Shown here piece by piece: positions 25,926-35,498 of a DNA stretch of 35,498 nucleotides. The translations under genes were made by a program, and so were the position numbers. How positions within the stretch are numbered: position 1 is the stretch's first letter; each line of letters starts with the position of its first letter. Location: NCBI GenBank assembly GCA_035688895.1, contig DASSML010000079.1, positions 1 to 35,498 of the forward strand, written 5' to 3'. The DNA comes from Gemmatimonadales bacterium. Its GTDB lineage: Bacteria; Gemmatimonadota; Gemmatimonadetes; Gemmatimonadales; GWC2-71-9. Below the pieces are notes generated by a model. It was not told where the DNA came from, made no database searches, and saw only the letters and a list, made by a program, of their open reading frames with translations.

Positions 25926-27222
25926 CGACACGGAGCGCCTCCACACCGGGAGAAGGAAGCAGAGCGTCGGACCGGCAGACGCCGGGGATCCACACCACCG
26001 ATGCGCCGCCGGTGACCACCGGCCACGCCTCGCGGCGGGACCGGGGCACGCGGGCATCCTGGAAGCAGCGCACCACCAGGCGATGGCCGGTTCCCGCCAG
26101 GGGACGCACCCGGTCGCCAGGCGACCAGGGACGCACCAGCAACGGCGCCGGCCGGAACCAGGCGGTAAAGCCGTCGCGCGCCTGACGCTCTGGAGCGGGC
26201 TCGGTTCGCCAGGTGAGCCGCCAGCGCCCCCAGTCGTCCCTGCCCTCGGCCCCGCGAAGCTCCACGCTGCCGGCCGCCATCCCGGGCGACACGAGCCGCA
26301 GCCGGCCGAACGACAGCTCCGCTCGCCACCCCTGCGCCAGCGGCGCCGTACGCCCGCTCGACCCCCCGAGCAGGGCCAGCACCCGCGCCGTTCTCGCCGG
26401 GCCGAGCGGGCACCCGACGCGCCGTCCGATGGCCAAGAGCACCGCCTCGGCAAGCATGGAATCATACGACCGCAAACAGTTGGCAGCAACGGAAATGCCG
26501 TCCTGTTCGGTGCGCGTCTCGAGGTCCGGGAGGCGGTCCAGCAGGAGGTCCCACGCCCGGCGATCTCGCGCCGCTTGAGTCCCCACCCGGGCCAGGTGCG
26601 CGTCCGCATCGGGCAGCCGGCGGCGAATCACCGGCAGCAGCTCCTGCCGCAGCCAGCTCCGGAGATGGACAGGGTCCCGGTTCGATGGGTCGTGCCACAC
26701 CGTCAAGCCCCGCTCGTCGACGTACCGCGTCAGCTCGTCCCGGCGGAACGGCAGGAGCGGGCGGACCAGTCTCCCAGTGACCGAAGCCATTCCCGCCAAC
26801 CCTGCGGGCCCGGACCCCCCCAGTACCCGGAGCAGGATGGTCTCGAGCTGATCGTCCGCGTGATGGGCGGTCACTACGGGGCCGATGCCGAGGCGATCGG
26901 CCAGCGCGAACAGCAGGCGGTAACGGGCCTCGCGGGCGTCGGTCTCCCCGGCGGCCGATCCCAGGGCCACCGCTTCGACATGGCATGGGAGCCCCAGCTC
27001 CGCGGCCAACGCGGTGACCTGCCGCGCCACCGCGGCGCTGTCGGGATGGATGCCGTGGTCCACGTGGCCCACGACCGGCTCGAGCTCGTGCACGTCGCGC
27101 GTCCGGCAGAGCAGGTCCAGGAGAGCGACGGAATCCGGTCCTCCCGACACGGCCACCAGCACCCGCCCGGGAGGCAGGCCCAGCGAGCGCAGGTGATCGC
27201 TTACCCGGGCGAGAAGCTCCAT
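25909..27222 (-). CDS. tilS: tRNA(Ile)-lysidine synthetase
   Basis: The ATG at 27222 (MELLARVSDHLRSL) lies inside track ORF 25909..27351. The PP-loop is VLVAVSGGPDSVALL, and HHADDQLETILLRV is present. It overlaps the hpt start by 17 nt. Confidence 0.92.
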   Translation of the reverse strand: MELLARVSDHLRSLGLPPGRVLVAVSGGPDSVALLDLLCRTRDVHELEPVVGHVDHGIHPDSAAVARQVTALAAELGLPCHVEAVALGSAAGETDAREARYRLLFALADRLGIGPVVTAHHADDQLETILLRVLGGSGPAGLAGMASVTGRLVRPLLPFRRDELTRYVDERGLTVWHDPSNRDPVHLRSWLRQELLPVIRRRLPDADAHLARVGTQAARDRRAWDLLLDRLPDLETRTEQDGISVAANCLRSYDSMLAEAVLLAIGRRVGCPLGPARTARVLALLGGSSGRTAPLAQGWRAELSFGRLRLVSPGMAAGSVELRGAEGRDDWGRWRLTWRTEPAPERQARDGFTAWFRPAPLLVRPWSPGDRVRPLAGTGHRLVVRCFQDARVPRSRREAWPVVTGGASVVWIPGVCRSDALLPSPGVEALRVDAEHA

Positions 27223-27232
27223 GGGGTCAAAG

Positions 27233-30103
27233 CTAACTGGACGGCGTCCCAAGGACTTCGCGCACCCGGCGGGCCAGGCCCTCTGCCTCGAAGGGCTTCT
27301 CCAGGAAGGGCGCCCCGGCGTCCAGCAACCCCCGGCGAATGACCTCGTCATCGGTGTACCCGGAGATGTAGAGGAGCTTGAGTCCCGGCCGCCGTCCCAG
27401 CAGCGCCGTCGCCAGCTCCCGCCCTCCCATGCCCGGCATGACTACGTCCGTCACGACGAGGTGGATCGGTCCCCACTCCGGCTCCTGGGCCAGGGCCTGC
27501 TCGGCGTCGCCCGCCTCGAGCACCCGATATCCTCGGGACGAGAGGGTCCGCGCCGCCATCCGGCGTACCGGCTCCTCGTCTTCCACCACCAGCACCGTTT
27601 CCCCACCGCCGTGCGCCGCGGGCGTGACCGGCCGAAGCTGAGGGCTTGGCGCGAGGCCGACGCGCTCGGGAAGGAAGATCTCGAAGCTGGTGCCGCGGTC
27701 CGGCTCGCTGTAGCACCAGATGAATCCATCGCTCTGCTTCACGATCCCGTAGACCGTGGCCAGGCCGAGTCCGGTGCCTTCCCCCGGCCGCTTGGTGGTG
27801 AAGAAGGGCTCGAAGGCGCGGGCGCGCGTCTCTGCGTCCATCCCGTGGCCGCTGTCCCGCACCACGATCCTGGCGTATTTCCCTGCCGGCACGGCGGGGC
27901 GGCCGGGCTCCGCCGCCTGCTCCATGAGCGTCGCCGGGGCGACCTCGATGGCGAGCTCGCCTCCGCCCGGCATCGCGTCTTTGGCGTTGAGCGTGAGATT
28001 GACCAGCACCTGCTCCAGCTGGGCGGGATCGGCTCGGACCAGGGGTACGCCCGGCTGGACCTGGCCGCGGACCCGGATCTGCGTTCCGACCAGCCGCTCC
28101 AGCACCGGCAGGCTGCCCTTGAGCAGCAGGCCGAGCTCGAGCGCCCGGGGTTGCAGCACCTGCTGCCGGCTGTAGGCGAGCAGCTGGCGGGTGATGCCGG
28201 CTGCCCGGTCGGCGGCCTTCCGGATCTCGCTCACATCGGCGATCCGCAGATCGCCGGGCTCGAAGGTCTCGTGCAGGAAGCCGGTGAACCCGTTGATGAC
28301 GGTCATCATGTTGTTCACTTCGTGGGCCACACCGCCGGCCACCTTGGCGACCGCCTCCATCCGTTGCGACTGCATGAGCAGCTCGTCGGCCCGGCGGCGC
28401 TCGGTGACATCCAGTACCACCGCACCCACCCACTCCACCGTGCCGTCGCGGCCTGCGACCGGGTAGAAGCTGGCCAGGGCGATGAGCTCGCGCCCGTCCT
28501 GGCCGGTGCGGATCTCCCGCTCCAGCACGGGCGCCCCGGTCTCGAGCACCTGGCGAAAGGGCGCGTCCAGCCATTGCCCCGCCGGGCCCAGAGCTTCGGC
28601 CGCCGTCCGGCCCAGCAAGTCGACGCCCCCGGTGAGCGCGGCGAGCGCATCGTTGATCCGAACGAAGCGCCCCTCGCGATCGACGAAGGCGAGCCCCACT
28701 GGCGCGCCCCCGAAGACGGTGTCGAGCAGCGCCAGGCTGTCCTTCCGCGCGTGCAGCGCGCCTTCCGCCTCTTCGTAGAGCCGCGCGTTGTCTACGGCGA
28801 GGGCCGCCCGGCGGGCCAGATCCTCCGCCAGTGGGAGATCCGCCTCGGAGTACTGCCGGCCCGACTCGGCCATGACGAAGGTGATCGCCCCCAGCGCCCG
28901 GCTCCGGGCGCGGAGGGGGACGATGAGCAGCGAGCGCAGACCGAAGACGCGCAGGCGCTCGAGATGGTCCGGATCGCGCGCGAAGGCCCGGAGCAGCTGG
29001 TCGGGGATCGTGGGGACGAGCTGAGGCTGTCCGGTTGTGATGGCATGGGGAACCGGGTCCGCGGGGAGCTCGGCGTAGCGTCGGCTCATCTCCCACACCT
29101 CGTCCACCCGGGCGGGATCGGTATGGGCGATGGCAAGGCGCCGGAGCCGCCCGTCGTCCATGATGTCCACCGCGCACCAGTCCGCCAGTCGGGGCACGGC
29201 AAGACGGGCCACGGTCGCGAGGGTCGCCTTGTAGTCGAGCGACGACCCCAGGACCTCACTGGCCTGCGCCAGAAACGCGAGCCGCTCGCCCGCCTCTTCC
29301 GCCTTACGCCGGGCCGCGCGCTCCGCCTCATAGAGGAGGCTGCGCTCCAGGGCGCGGGCGCCCTGCCCCGCCAACGCCAGCATGTAGACCCGGTCGTCCC
29401 GGGCGAAGCGACGGCGATAGGAGAACTCCAGCTCGAGCACGCCGAGAGGCCGGGTGCTGGTGAGCAGCGGAAGCACCGCCACCGAGCCGGCGGGGGCGGA
29501 CTCGAAGCGCGGCAGGCCGCTCTGGAGGACGTCTTCGATCAGCGGCGCGTGGCTGCCCGCCTGGAGCGAACCTTCCCGGTGGAGAAGAACGGATTGTCCC
29601 GCCAGAGCCACCCCGCCACCGGCGGCCTGCAGCGCCTCGACCGCGTGGCTCACGACCGCGCTGGCCACCTCCGCCGGCGTCAGGTCGGGTCCGAGGGCCT
29701 GGTTGAGTGCATGCATGCGCCCGGCCCGCGCGGCGCTCCGCTCGGCGCGTCGCCGTGCTGCCAGCAGGAAGGCGACCAGCCAGGCCACCCCGCCGCCGGA
29801 CAGGAGCGACATCGCCCAATCTCCGGCCAGGAGCCCGACCGCGGGCACGAAGGCGCCGGCGGTGACCGCGCAGGCGGTCAGGAGTCCGGGCACGAGCCCG
29901 CCCAACAACGCGCTCACCGCCACCGCCGCCAGATAGATGGGGTAGTACGCCGAGTCGAGATGGCCGCGGAGCAGCGCCTGGGCCGCCAGCGCCAGCAGGG
30001 CGAGCAGCAGCGCCACGGCGCTCCGCTGCAGCAGCGTGAGGCGTCGACCGCCGACGGGAAGATGCTCGGGCAGGTTCAGCGTGGGACGGACGCGAGAGGT
30101 CAC
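27233..30103 (-). CDS. Hybrid sensor histidine kinase/response regulator (multi-TM - GAF x2 - PAS - HisKA - HATPase - REC)
   Basis: Part of track ORF 27233..30640. The proposed GTG start is at 30103 ([16 protein letters not shown]), just before 4-5 hydrophobic helices; the start is uncertain. The H-box is [19 protein letters not shown] and the N-box is [13 protein letters not shown]. The G boxes are VRDSGHGMD and [15 protein letters not shown]. The REC domain reads [12 protein letters not shown]...[13 protein letters not shown]...FLEKPF. Confidence 0.88.
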   Translation of the reverse strand: MTSRVRPTLNLPEHLPVGGRRLTLLQRSAVALLLALLALAAQALLRGHLDSAYYPIYLAAVAVSALLGGLVPGLLTACAVTAGAFVPAVGLLAGDWAMSLLSGGGVAWLVAFLLAARRRAERSAARAGRMHALNQALGPDLTPAEVASAVVSHAVEALQAAGGGVALAGQSVLLHREGSLQAGSHAPLIEDVLQSGLPRFESAPAGSVAVLPLLTSTRPLGVLELEFSYRRRFARDDRVYMLALAGQGARALERSLLYEAERAARRKAEEAGERLAFLAQASEVLGSSLDYKATLATVARLAVPRLADWCAVDIMDDGRLRRLAIAHTDPARVDEVWEMSRRYAELPADPVPHAITTGQPQLVPTIPDQLLRAFARDPDHLERLRVFGLRSLLIVPLRARSRALGAITFVMAESGRQYSEADLPLAEDLARRAALAVDNARLYEEAEGALHARKDSLALLDTVFGGAPVGLAFVDREGRFVRINDALAALTGGVDLLGRTAAEALGPAGQWLDAPFRQVLETGAPVLEREIRTGQDGRELIALASFYPVAGRDGTVEWVGAVVLDVTERRRADELLMQSQRMEAVAKVAGGVAHEVNNMMTVINGFTGFLHETFEPGDLRIADVSEIRKAADRAAGITRQLLAYSRQQVLQPRALELGLLLKGSLPVLERLVGTQIRVRGQVQPGVPLVRADPAQLEQVLVNLTLNAKDAMPGGGELAIEVAPATLMEQAAEPGRPAVPAGKYARIVVRDSGHGMDAETRARAFEPFFTTKRPGEGTGLGLATVYGIVKQSDGFIWCYSEPDRGTSFEIFLPERVGLAPSPQLRPVTPAAHGGGETVLVVEDEEPVRRMAARTLSSRGYRVLEAGDAEQALAQEPEWGPIHLVVTDVVMPGMGGRELATALLGRRPGLKLLYISGYTDDEVIRRGLLDAGAPFLEKPFEAEGLARRVREVLGTPSS

Positions 30104-30193
30104 CGGCTCATAGCCCCCACCGGTTGGCGCCGCCAGGAGACGCCGTGAGAAGGGGGCACGGCGGGCGGTGCATGTGGAACCTACGGCGCGACG

Positions 30194-30240
30194 GGAGCCG
30201 GAGGCAACTCCGCGGAGCCGGAGGCAACTCCGCGGAGCCG
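30194..30240. repeat. Perfect 20-bp direct tandem repeat, 2.35 copies (GGAGCCGGAGGCAACTCCGC)
   Basis: Copies at 30194-30213 and 30214-30233 are identical, and 30234-30240 repeats the first 7 nt. Each unit contains the palindrome CGGAG-GCAA-CTCCG. The repeat lies between the two divergent kinase genes. Confidence 0.95.
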
Positions 30241-30275
30241 TTGACACTCGCCGGACCGGCCCCGAATGTTCGCAG
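30241..30275 (+). promoter_or_regulatory. Candidate sigma70-type promoter for the plus-strand kinase
   Basis: A consensus TTGACA sits at 30241-30246. After a 17-bp spacer comes GAATGT at 30264-30269, which keeps the conserved A2 and T6. Six nt later is the GTG at 30276. This geometry would give a leaderless or near-leaderless transcript. The -10 element is weak. Confidence 0.35.
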
Positions 30276-32015
30276 GTGCGGACCCCGCCCTTGCCGCTCA
30301 TTCTCGTCGGACTGCTGCTCCTGCTGGCCGCGCTTGCGCTCGCCGCGTGGCGGGCCGCACGGGCGCGCCCCGTCCCCTCGACATCCTCTGCCGGTGATCC
30401 GGCCGGAGTGGACCTGGCCCGGGAGGTCGCCCGGCGCCGGGCCGCCGAGGCCGAAGTCCGGCGCCTGAACGCCGACCTCGAGGGGCTCTTTGCGGTGATC
30501 CCCATCGGCATCGGCATCGCGCTCGACCCCGACTGCCGCGACATCCGCAGCAATCGGGAGCTGGCCCGCATGCTCCAGCTCCCACTGGGACAGAACGCCT
30601 CGAAGACCGGCCCCGGCGCCGGCGAGCTCGCGTTCCGCATCGAGCGCTACGATGGCGAGGAGATTCCCGGCGAGGACCTGGTGATGCAGCGCGCCGTCCG
30701 GACCGGCGAGCCGGTGCTCAACGACAGCTACCGCATCGTCCACCCCGACGGCGAGGCCATGGACGTCCTCGGCTCGGCGGCGCCCTTGTTCGACGGCGAC
30801 GGCCGGATTCGGGGCGCCGTCGGCGCATTCATCGACGTGACCGAGCGGCGGCGCATCGAGGAGCAGCTCCATCAGGCCCGGCGGATGCAGGCGGTAGGGC
30901 AGCTTGCCGGCGGGGTCGCGCACGACATCAACAACGCGATGACGACGGTCCTCGGCTTCGCGGAGTTCGCCGGCCTGCGGCTGAGTCAGGACCACCCTGC
31001 CGCCGGCGACCTGTCGGAGATCCGGCGGGGCGCCGAGCGCGCCACCGAGATCGCGCGGCAGCTTCTCACCTTCAGCCGGCGGCAGGTCAGCGAGCCGCGG
31101 CCATGGCGGCTGGCGACCGTCGTCGGGGAGCTGGAGCCGACGCTGGCCCGGGTGGCTGGCGCCGCCGTGACGCTCACCATTCGCTGCGCCCCCGAACCCA
31201 CCCCGGTGCAGGTCGATCGCGGCCAGCTGGAGCAGGTGCTCATCAACCTCGCGGCGAATGCCGCGGACGCGATGCCGGAGGGTGGCTCGCTGGTGGTGGA
31301 GACCGACACGGTAGAAGTGCCCCACCGCGGCGGCGACGCCGACGTAGCCCCCGGCGAGTACGCCGTCATCACGGTGCGCGACACCGGCCGTGGCATGGAC
31401 GCGGACACCCGGCGCCGCGCGTTCGAGCCGTTCTTCACCACCCGGCGGGCGGCCGAGGGCACCGGTCTGGGACTCGCCATCGTGTATGGGATCGTGACTC
31501 AGGCGGGCGGTACCGTGCGGCTGGACAGCGCCCCCGGGCTGGGCACCACGGTTACGGTGCTGCTGCCGCTCATTCCGGTCGAGGCGCTGGGCCAGGAGGT
31601 CGAGGCGGAGGAGATCGACTGGTCGGGAGCCGGTCGCCGCGTCCTGGTGGTCGAGGATGATCCCTCGGTGCGCCGGCTGGCGGTGGACACCCTGCAGCAC
31701 CAGGGATTCCGGGTGGACAGCGCCGCCGACGGCCGCGAGGCGATCTCCCTGCTGGAGGCGAGCACCGAGCCGCCCGACCTGGTGATCACCGACCTGGTGC
31801 TGCCGCACCTGTCCGGCCGGACCGTGCGCCAGACCGTCGAGACGCGCTTCCCAGGGGTGCCGGTGCTCTACATCTCGGGCTATCCCGGCGAAGCGATCGA
31901 GAGCCGAGGCTGGCTCGACGAAGGCGTCCCGTTCCTGCAGAAGCCGTTCAGCCCCCGCGAGCTGGTGCGTCGCAGCCGGGAGCTGCTGGAGCCGCGCCCC
32001 GAACTCAGGTCTTGA
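30276..32015 (+). CDS. Hybrid sensor histidine kinase/response regulator (TM - PAS - HisKA - HATPase - REC)
   Basis: Part of track ORF 30168..32015. Both candidate starts are GTG. I prefer 30276 (VRTPPLPLILVGLLLLLAALALAAW, directly at the TM helix) because the 20-bp repeat and TTGACA lie upstream of it. 30168 remains possible. The H-box is LAGGVAHDINNAMTTVLGF and the N-box is VLINLAANAADAM. The G boxes are VRDTGRGMD and [15 protein letters not shown]. The REC domain reads VLVVEDDPSVRR...LVITDLVLPHLSG...FLQKPF. Confidence 0.88.
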   Translation: MRTPPLPLILVGLLLLLAALALAAWRAARARPVPSTSSAGDPAGVDLAREVARRRAAEAEVRRLNADLEGLFAVIPIGIGIALDPDCRDIRSNRELARMLQLPLGQNASKTGPGAGELAFRIERYDGEEIPGEDLVMQRAVRTGEPVLNDSYRIVHPDGEAMDVLGSAAPLFDGDGRIRGAVGAFIDVTERRRIEEQLHQARRMQAVGQLAGGVAHDINNAMTTVLGFAEFAGLRLSQDHPAAGDLSEIRRGAERATEIARQLLTFSRRQVSEPRPWRLATVVGELEPTLARVAGAAVTLTIRCAPEPTPVQVDRGQLEQVLINLAANAADAMPEGGSLVVETDTVEVPHRGGDADVAPGEYAVITVRDTGRGMDADTRRRAFEPFFTTRRAAEGTGLGLAIVYGIVTQAGGTVRLDSAPGLGTTVTVLLPLIPVEALGQEVEAEEIDWSGAGRRVLVVEDDPSVRRLAVDTLQHQGFRVDSAADGREAISLLEASTEPPDLVITDLVLPHLSGRTVRQTVETRFPGVPVLYISGYPGEAIESRGWLDEGVPFLQKPFSPRELVRRSRELLEPRPELRS

Positions 32016-32172
32016 GCAGGACGAGCGCTAGGACCAGCGCGTACTCCTCGATCACGAAAGCCCACAGCAGAGCGCGCCGGAGGTTGGACCGGACCAGGCT
32101 GGTGTCACAGAGTGGGCACCGAAATACCTGCTCTTGGATGGAAATGCCACAGCAGGGACAACTCACCGTCAT
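32005..32172 (-). CDS. 55-aa zinc-ribbon miniprotein with C-terminal transmembrane helix
   Basis: The internal ATG at 32172 of track ORF 32005..32268 is preceded by GGAGG with a 5-nt spacer (GGAGGCATTCATG). The product is MTVSCPCCGISIQEQVFRCPLCDTSLVRSNLRRALLWAFVIEEYALVLALVLLKT, with a CxCC...CxxC motif followed by a hydrophobic tail. Its 3' end overlaps the convergent kinase gene by 11 bp. Confidence 0.55.
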   Translation of the reverse strand: MTVSCPCCGISIQEQVFRCPLCDTSLVRSNLRRALLWAFVIEEYALVLALVLLKT

Positions 32173-32274
32173 GAATGCCTCCCAGACCACAATCGGGGGC
32201 ACGAAGAAGGGTGGGGGTTGAAGAGTGGCGAGTCGGCACCCGGAGAGCAAGCCTCTCGGCGCCGTCACGCAGTC

Positions 32275-33114
<840 letters not shown>

Positions 33115-33116
33115 GT

Positions 33117-33947
33117 CTACACGTAGGCCCGGCGCAGCATCTCCGCCGCCGACTCGTCCAGCCGGTCGGCCCAGCGAAGCTGGTCGAACAGCTGCAGCAG
33201 GTCGGGCTCCCGCACTCTCCGCCGGCGGGTCTCCCGGAGGTCGTACGCGACCCGTCCCCGGTGCATGACGAGGACGCGGTCACCCAGGCGGACCGCCTCC
33301 GTCAGCGAGTGGGTGACCATCAGGGTGGTGAGGTTGCCGGCGGTGACGGCCCGGTGCGTGAGACGGATGACCTGCTCCGCGCTCCTCGGGTCCAGTGCCG
33401 CGGTGTGCTCGTCGAGCAGCAGCAGACTGGGCCGCACCATCGTCGCCATCAGCACCGTCAGCGCCTGGCGCTGGCCGCCGGACAGTACGCCGATGGGCGT
33501 GTCGAGCCGCTCTTCCAGGCCCATGCCCAGCTCCGCGACCGTGTTCTCCAGGGCGGCCCGGCGTTCCCGGTCGAGCGTGCGCCTCAGCCAGCGGCGGCCG
33601 CTCCGGCCCTCGGCCAGGGCGAGATTCTCGGCCACGGTGAGCTCGGCGGCGGTGCCGGTGAACGGATTCTGGAAGACGCGGCTGATCAGCCTGGCCCGGC
33701 GGGCCTCGGGCCACTGAGTGATCTCCCGCCCCTCGAGGAGAATATGACCCTCCGCCACCGCCAGGCTGCCGGCGATGGCGTTGAGAAGACTCGACTTTCC
33801 GGAGCCGTTGGTGCCCAGCACCGCGGTGAAGGTGCCCCGCTCCAGCTCGAGCTCGACCGCGTCGAGGGCGCGGACCTCGTTGAGCGTCCCGGCGTGAAAG
33901 GCGTGGGAGACCGCCTCGAGGCGAAGGGCGACGCTAGACACGCCCAC
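33117..33947 (-). CDS. ABC transporter ATP-binding protein (uncharacterised-substrate family that KEGG labels ABC.X4)
   Basis: Walker A is GTNGSGKSSL, the signature is LSGGQRQAL, Walker B is LLLLDEHTAALD and the H-loop is MVTHSL. RVFQNPFTGTAAELTVAENLALA is typical of this family. The start is the GTG at 33947 or 33941; the latter has better GGAGG spacing. Confidence 0.9.
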   Translation of the reverse strand: MGVSSVALRLEAVSHAFHAGTLNEVRALDAVELELERGTFTAVLGTNGSGKSSLLNAIAGSLAVAEGHILLEGREITQWPEARRARLISRVFQNPFTGTAAELTVAENLALAEGRSGRRWLRRTLDRERRAALENTVAELGMGLEERLDTPIGVLSGGQRQALTVLMATMVRPSLLLLDEHTAALDPRSAEQVIRLTHRAVTAGNLTTLMVTHSLTEAVRLGDRVLVMHRGRVAYDLRETRRRRVREPDLLQLFDQLRWADRLDESAAEMLRRAYV

Positions 33948-34872
33948 TCGCCTCCGTCGGCAGGCCGCTTCGGCGCAGCACCCGCGGCAGCACCAGCACG
34001 CCCAGCACCAGCGCGGCCGTCACCAGCTTGAGCGCGTTGGGATCGAGTCCCGCGCGGATAGCGGCGCCCACCAGCAGCCGAAACGCCACGGCCCCGACCA
34101 CGGCTCCGGCAATCCACCGCCCCAGCGTCCGGCGACCGAGCAGCGCCTCGCCCAGCAGGAGGTTGGCGAGGCCGGTCACCAGCGCGCCGATGCCCATCTG
34201 GATGTTGGCGAATCCTTCGTACTGGGCCATCAGGGCGCCCGAAAGCGCCACCAACCCGTTGGCGAGGCAGAGTCCCAGAACGACCATCCCGTTCACGTCG
34301 ATGGCGAGGGCCCGGGCCATCTGGGGATTGTTCCCGGCGGCGCGCATCGCGGTCCCGATCTCGGTGTTGAGAAAGAACGCCAGCAGCAGCGCGGTGCCGA
34401 CCGCGAGCAGCAGCATGAGCCCCAGGGACGCGATGCTTCCCCCGCTCACGATGGCGCCGAACAACGTGAGCGAGGGGGGGAGACCGAACCACCGGTGGGC
34501 CAGTCGTTCGGCGACGTTCACGAAGCCGTCCGCCGACACCAGCGAGACATTGCCGCTCCCCATGACGAAGAGGCTCACGGAATACAGGGCGGTGCTGGTG
34601 AGCACCCCGGCGAGGAGGGGAGTCACCCGGAGGCGAGTATTGAGCACGCCGGTGAGTCCGCCGGCCAGTATCCCGGCCAGGATGGCGAACCCGGTGGCCA
34701 CGACGGCCGGGAACCCGCGCACCAGCAGCGCGGCGGCGACCGCCGCTCCGACGCCGAACGCGCCGTCTGCCGTGAGGTCGAGGGTCCGGTAGATGCGGTA
34801 GGTGACGAAAACGCCCAAACCGAGGAGGGCGAGGATGAGGCCGATGGTGATCGCGCCGATGAGGAGGTTCAC
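33934..34872 (-). CDS. ABC transporter permease (partner of the 33117..33947 ATPase)
   Basis: A 312-aa ORF with a GTG start and about 8-9 hydrophobic segments. The N-terminus is LLIGAITIGLILALLGLGVFVTYRIYRTLDLTADGAFGVGAAV, as in the branched-chain/ABC.X4-type permeases. It overlaps the ATPase start by 14 nt. Confidence 0.85.
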   Translation of the reverse strand: MNLLIGAITIGLILALLGLGVFVTYRIYRTLDLTADGAFGVGAAVAAALLVRGFPAVVATGFAILAGILAGGLTGVLNTRLRVTPLLAGVLTSTALYSVSLFVMGSGNVSLVSADGFVNVAERLAHRWFGLPPSLTLFGAIVSGGSIASLGLMLLLAVGTALLLAFFLNTEIGTAMRAAGNNPQMARALAIDVNGMVVLGLCLANGLVALSGALMAQYEGFANIQMGIGALVTGLANLLLGEALLGRRTLGRWIAGAVVGAVAFRLLVGAAIRAGLDPNALKLVTAALVLGVLVLPRVLRRSGLPTEASGRV

Positions 34873-34878
34873 GGCGCC

Positions 34879-35498
34879 TCAGCCGACGTCGGCGATCGGC
34901 CCGACCCAGGCGACGCCCCGCACCAGCGCACTCTCCGCCACGCCCGCCTCCCCTCGATCGTCCCACAACAGGTGAATGACGTCCTGCAATTGATGATTCC
35001 GGAACAGTTTCCGCACCAGAGAGCCGAGCTCCACCGTACGCTGCGGCAACGCCCGATAGCTGAACACGGCGGCGTGCAGATGCCCCGAGAGGCGGCCCAC
35101 CAGGCTGAGCGGGCGCAGGTGCCCGGCGATGGGCCCGCCCGCCCCGCGCCCGACTACGCCCGCGATGAGCGCGGTCGTGACGGTATAGGTGCGCTCGGGG
35201 GCGAAGGAGAGCCAGTCGCGCACCACCGGCACGTCGAAGCGGAGCGGTCCGGCGACCGCCGGTGACTGCCGGATACGGGCGCCGGTGAGTCCCGCCGTTT
35301 CACCGGCGATCACGACCCCGGCCAGGCGGCCGCCGACCGCGTCGAGGCAGACGGCGGCCAGCTCCGACAGCGGCACCGCATCCGCCTCGGGCTGGGCGCT
35401 GAAGCGCACCAACTTCGCGAAGGTCCCCCCGCAGCTCAGCCCCGAGGCGAGCACCACCTGCGGCGGCGCCGGTCCGTCGGCCAGCAGGTAATCCGGCA
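34879..35498 (-). CDS. Hypothetical protein, C-terminal ~205 aa (N-terminus beyond window end)
   Basis: The frame stays open from the window edge (...PDYLLADGPAPPQVVLASGLSCGGTFAKLVRFSAQPE...) to the TGA at 34879, 6 nt upstream of the permease start. There is no stop upstream of the track's GTG at 35457. I recognise no family motif, and it does not look like a periplasmic substrate-binding protein. Confidence 0.5.
   Translation of the reverse strand, partial: PDYLLADGPAPPQVVLASGLSCGGTFAKLVRFSAQPEADAVPLSELAAVCLDAVGGRLAGVVIAGETAGLTGARIRQSPAVAGPLRFDVPVVRDWLSFAPERTYTVTTALIAGVVGRGAGGPIAGHLRPLSLVGRLSGHLHAAVFSYRALPQRTVELGSLVRKLFRNHQLQDVIHLLWDDRGEAGVAESALVRGVAWVGPIADVG

Noticed and set aside
30194-30240. 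A CRISPR array or minisatellite at the 20-bp repeat.
   Set aside because: There are only 2.35 directly abutting copies with no spacers, and no cas genes. It is better explained as a tandem duplication or operator pair.
32005-32268. The 87-aa version of the small ORF, starting at the GTG at 32268.
   Set aside because: The upstream 32 codons (TAPRGLLSGCRLATLQPPPFFVPPIVVWEAF) lack any ribosome-binding site. The internal ATG at 32172 has a GGAGG at ideal spacing, and the zinc-ribbon plus TM unit begins there. The long form cannot be fully excluded.
32173-32274. A possible intrinsic terminator or hairpin (GAGAGGCTTGCTCTC on the minus strand) between the Ser/Thr kinase and the miniprotein.
   Set aside because: The stem is only 5 bp with an imperfect extension, and no U-tract follows. 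This is not convincing as a terminator.

Overview
This is a very GC-rich bacterial chromosomal segment (roughly 70% by eye, not computed) that is almost entirely coding. I found no rRNA, tRNA, CRISPR array, transposase, integrase or phage genes. The largest non-coding gap is about 170 bp. The phylum cannot be fixed from sequence alone; gene content and protein sequences are compatible with a Gemmatimonadota-like or similar high-GC lineage.

Positions 1-27222 carry 25 consecutive minus-strand genes. Most are joined by start/stop overlaps of 1-17 nt (ATGA, GTGA, TGATG). Upstream to downstream they form three blocks:
- A housekeeping block: tilS-hpt-ftsH-folP-cdaA plus a DUF2723 membrane protein.
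- A Bacillus-like block distal to the division and cell wall (dcw) cluster: yggS-divIVA-punA-ileS-(dksA/ylyA-like)-lspA-rluD.
- With no break after rluD, a 12-gene signalling block. Its order is cheW-cheY-cheA-cheC, a giant TPR protein, PATAN(DUF4388)-TPR, TPR-Roadblock, Roadblock, mglB, mglA, an unusual tandem DnaA-like (Hda-like x2) AAA+ ATPase, and a second PATAN gene that runs off the window.

This last block is the most interesting part. It places a Che-type phosphorelay and an MglA/MglB polarity GTPase module in one operon, with three Roadblock paralogues and a DnaA-clade double ATPase that lacks any DNA-binding domain.

The right-hand 8 kb holds:
- Two divergently transcribed paralogous hybrid histidine kinases, separated by a region with a perfect 20-bp tandem repeat next to a consensus TTGACA.
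- A 55-aa zinc-ribbon membrane miniprotein.
- A kinase-domain-only Ser/Thr kinase in the same operon as an ABC permease and ATPase.
- A partial unknown gene where a substrate-binding protein would be expected.

All family calls rest on motifs read by eye. No HMM or BLAST search was run.
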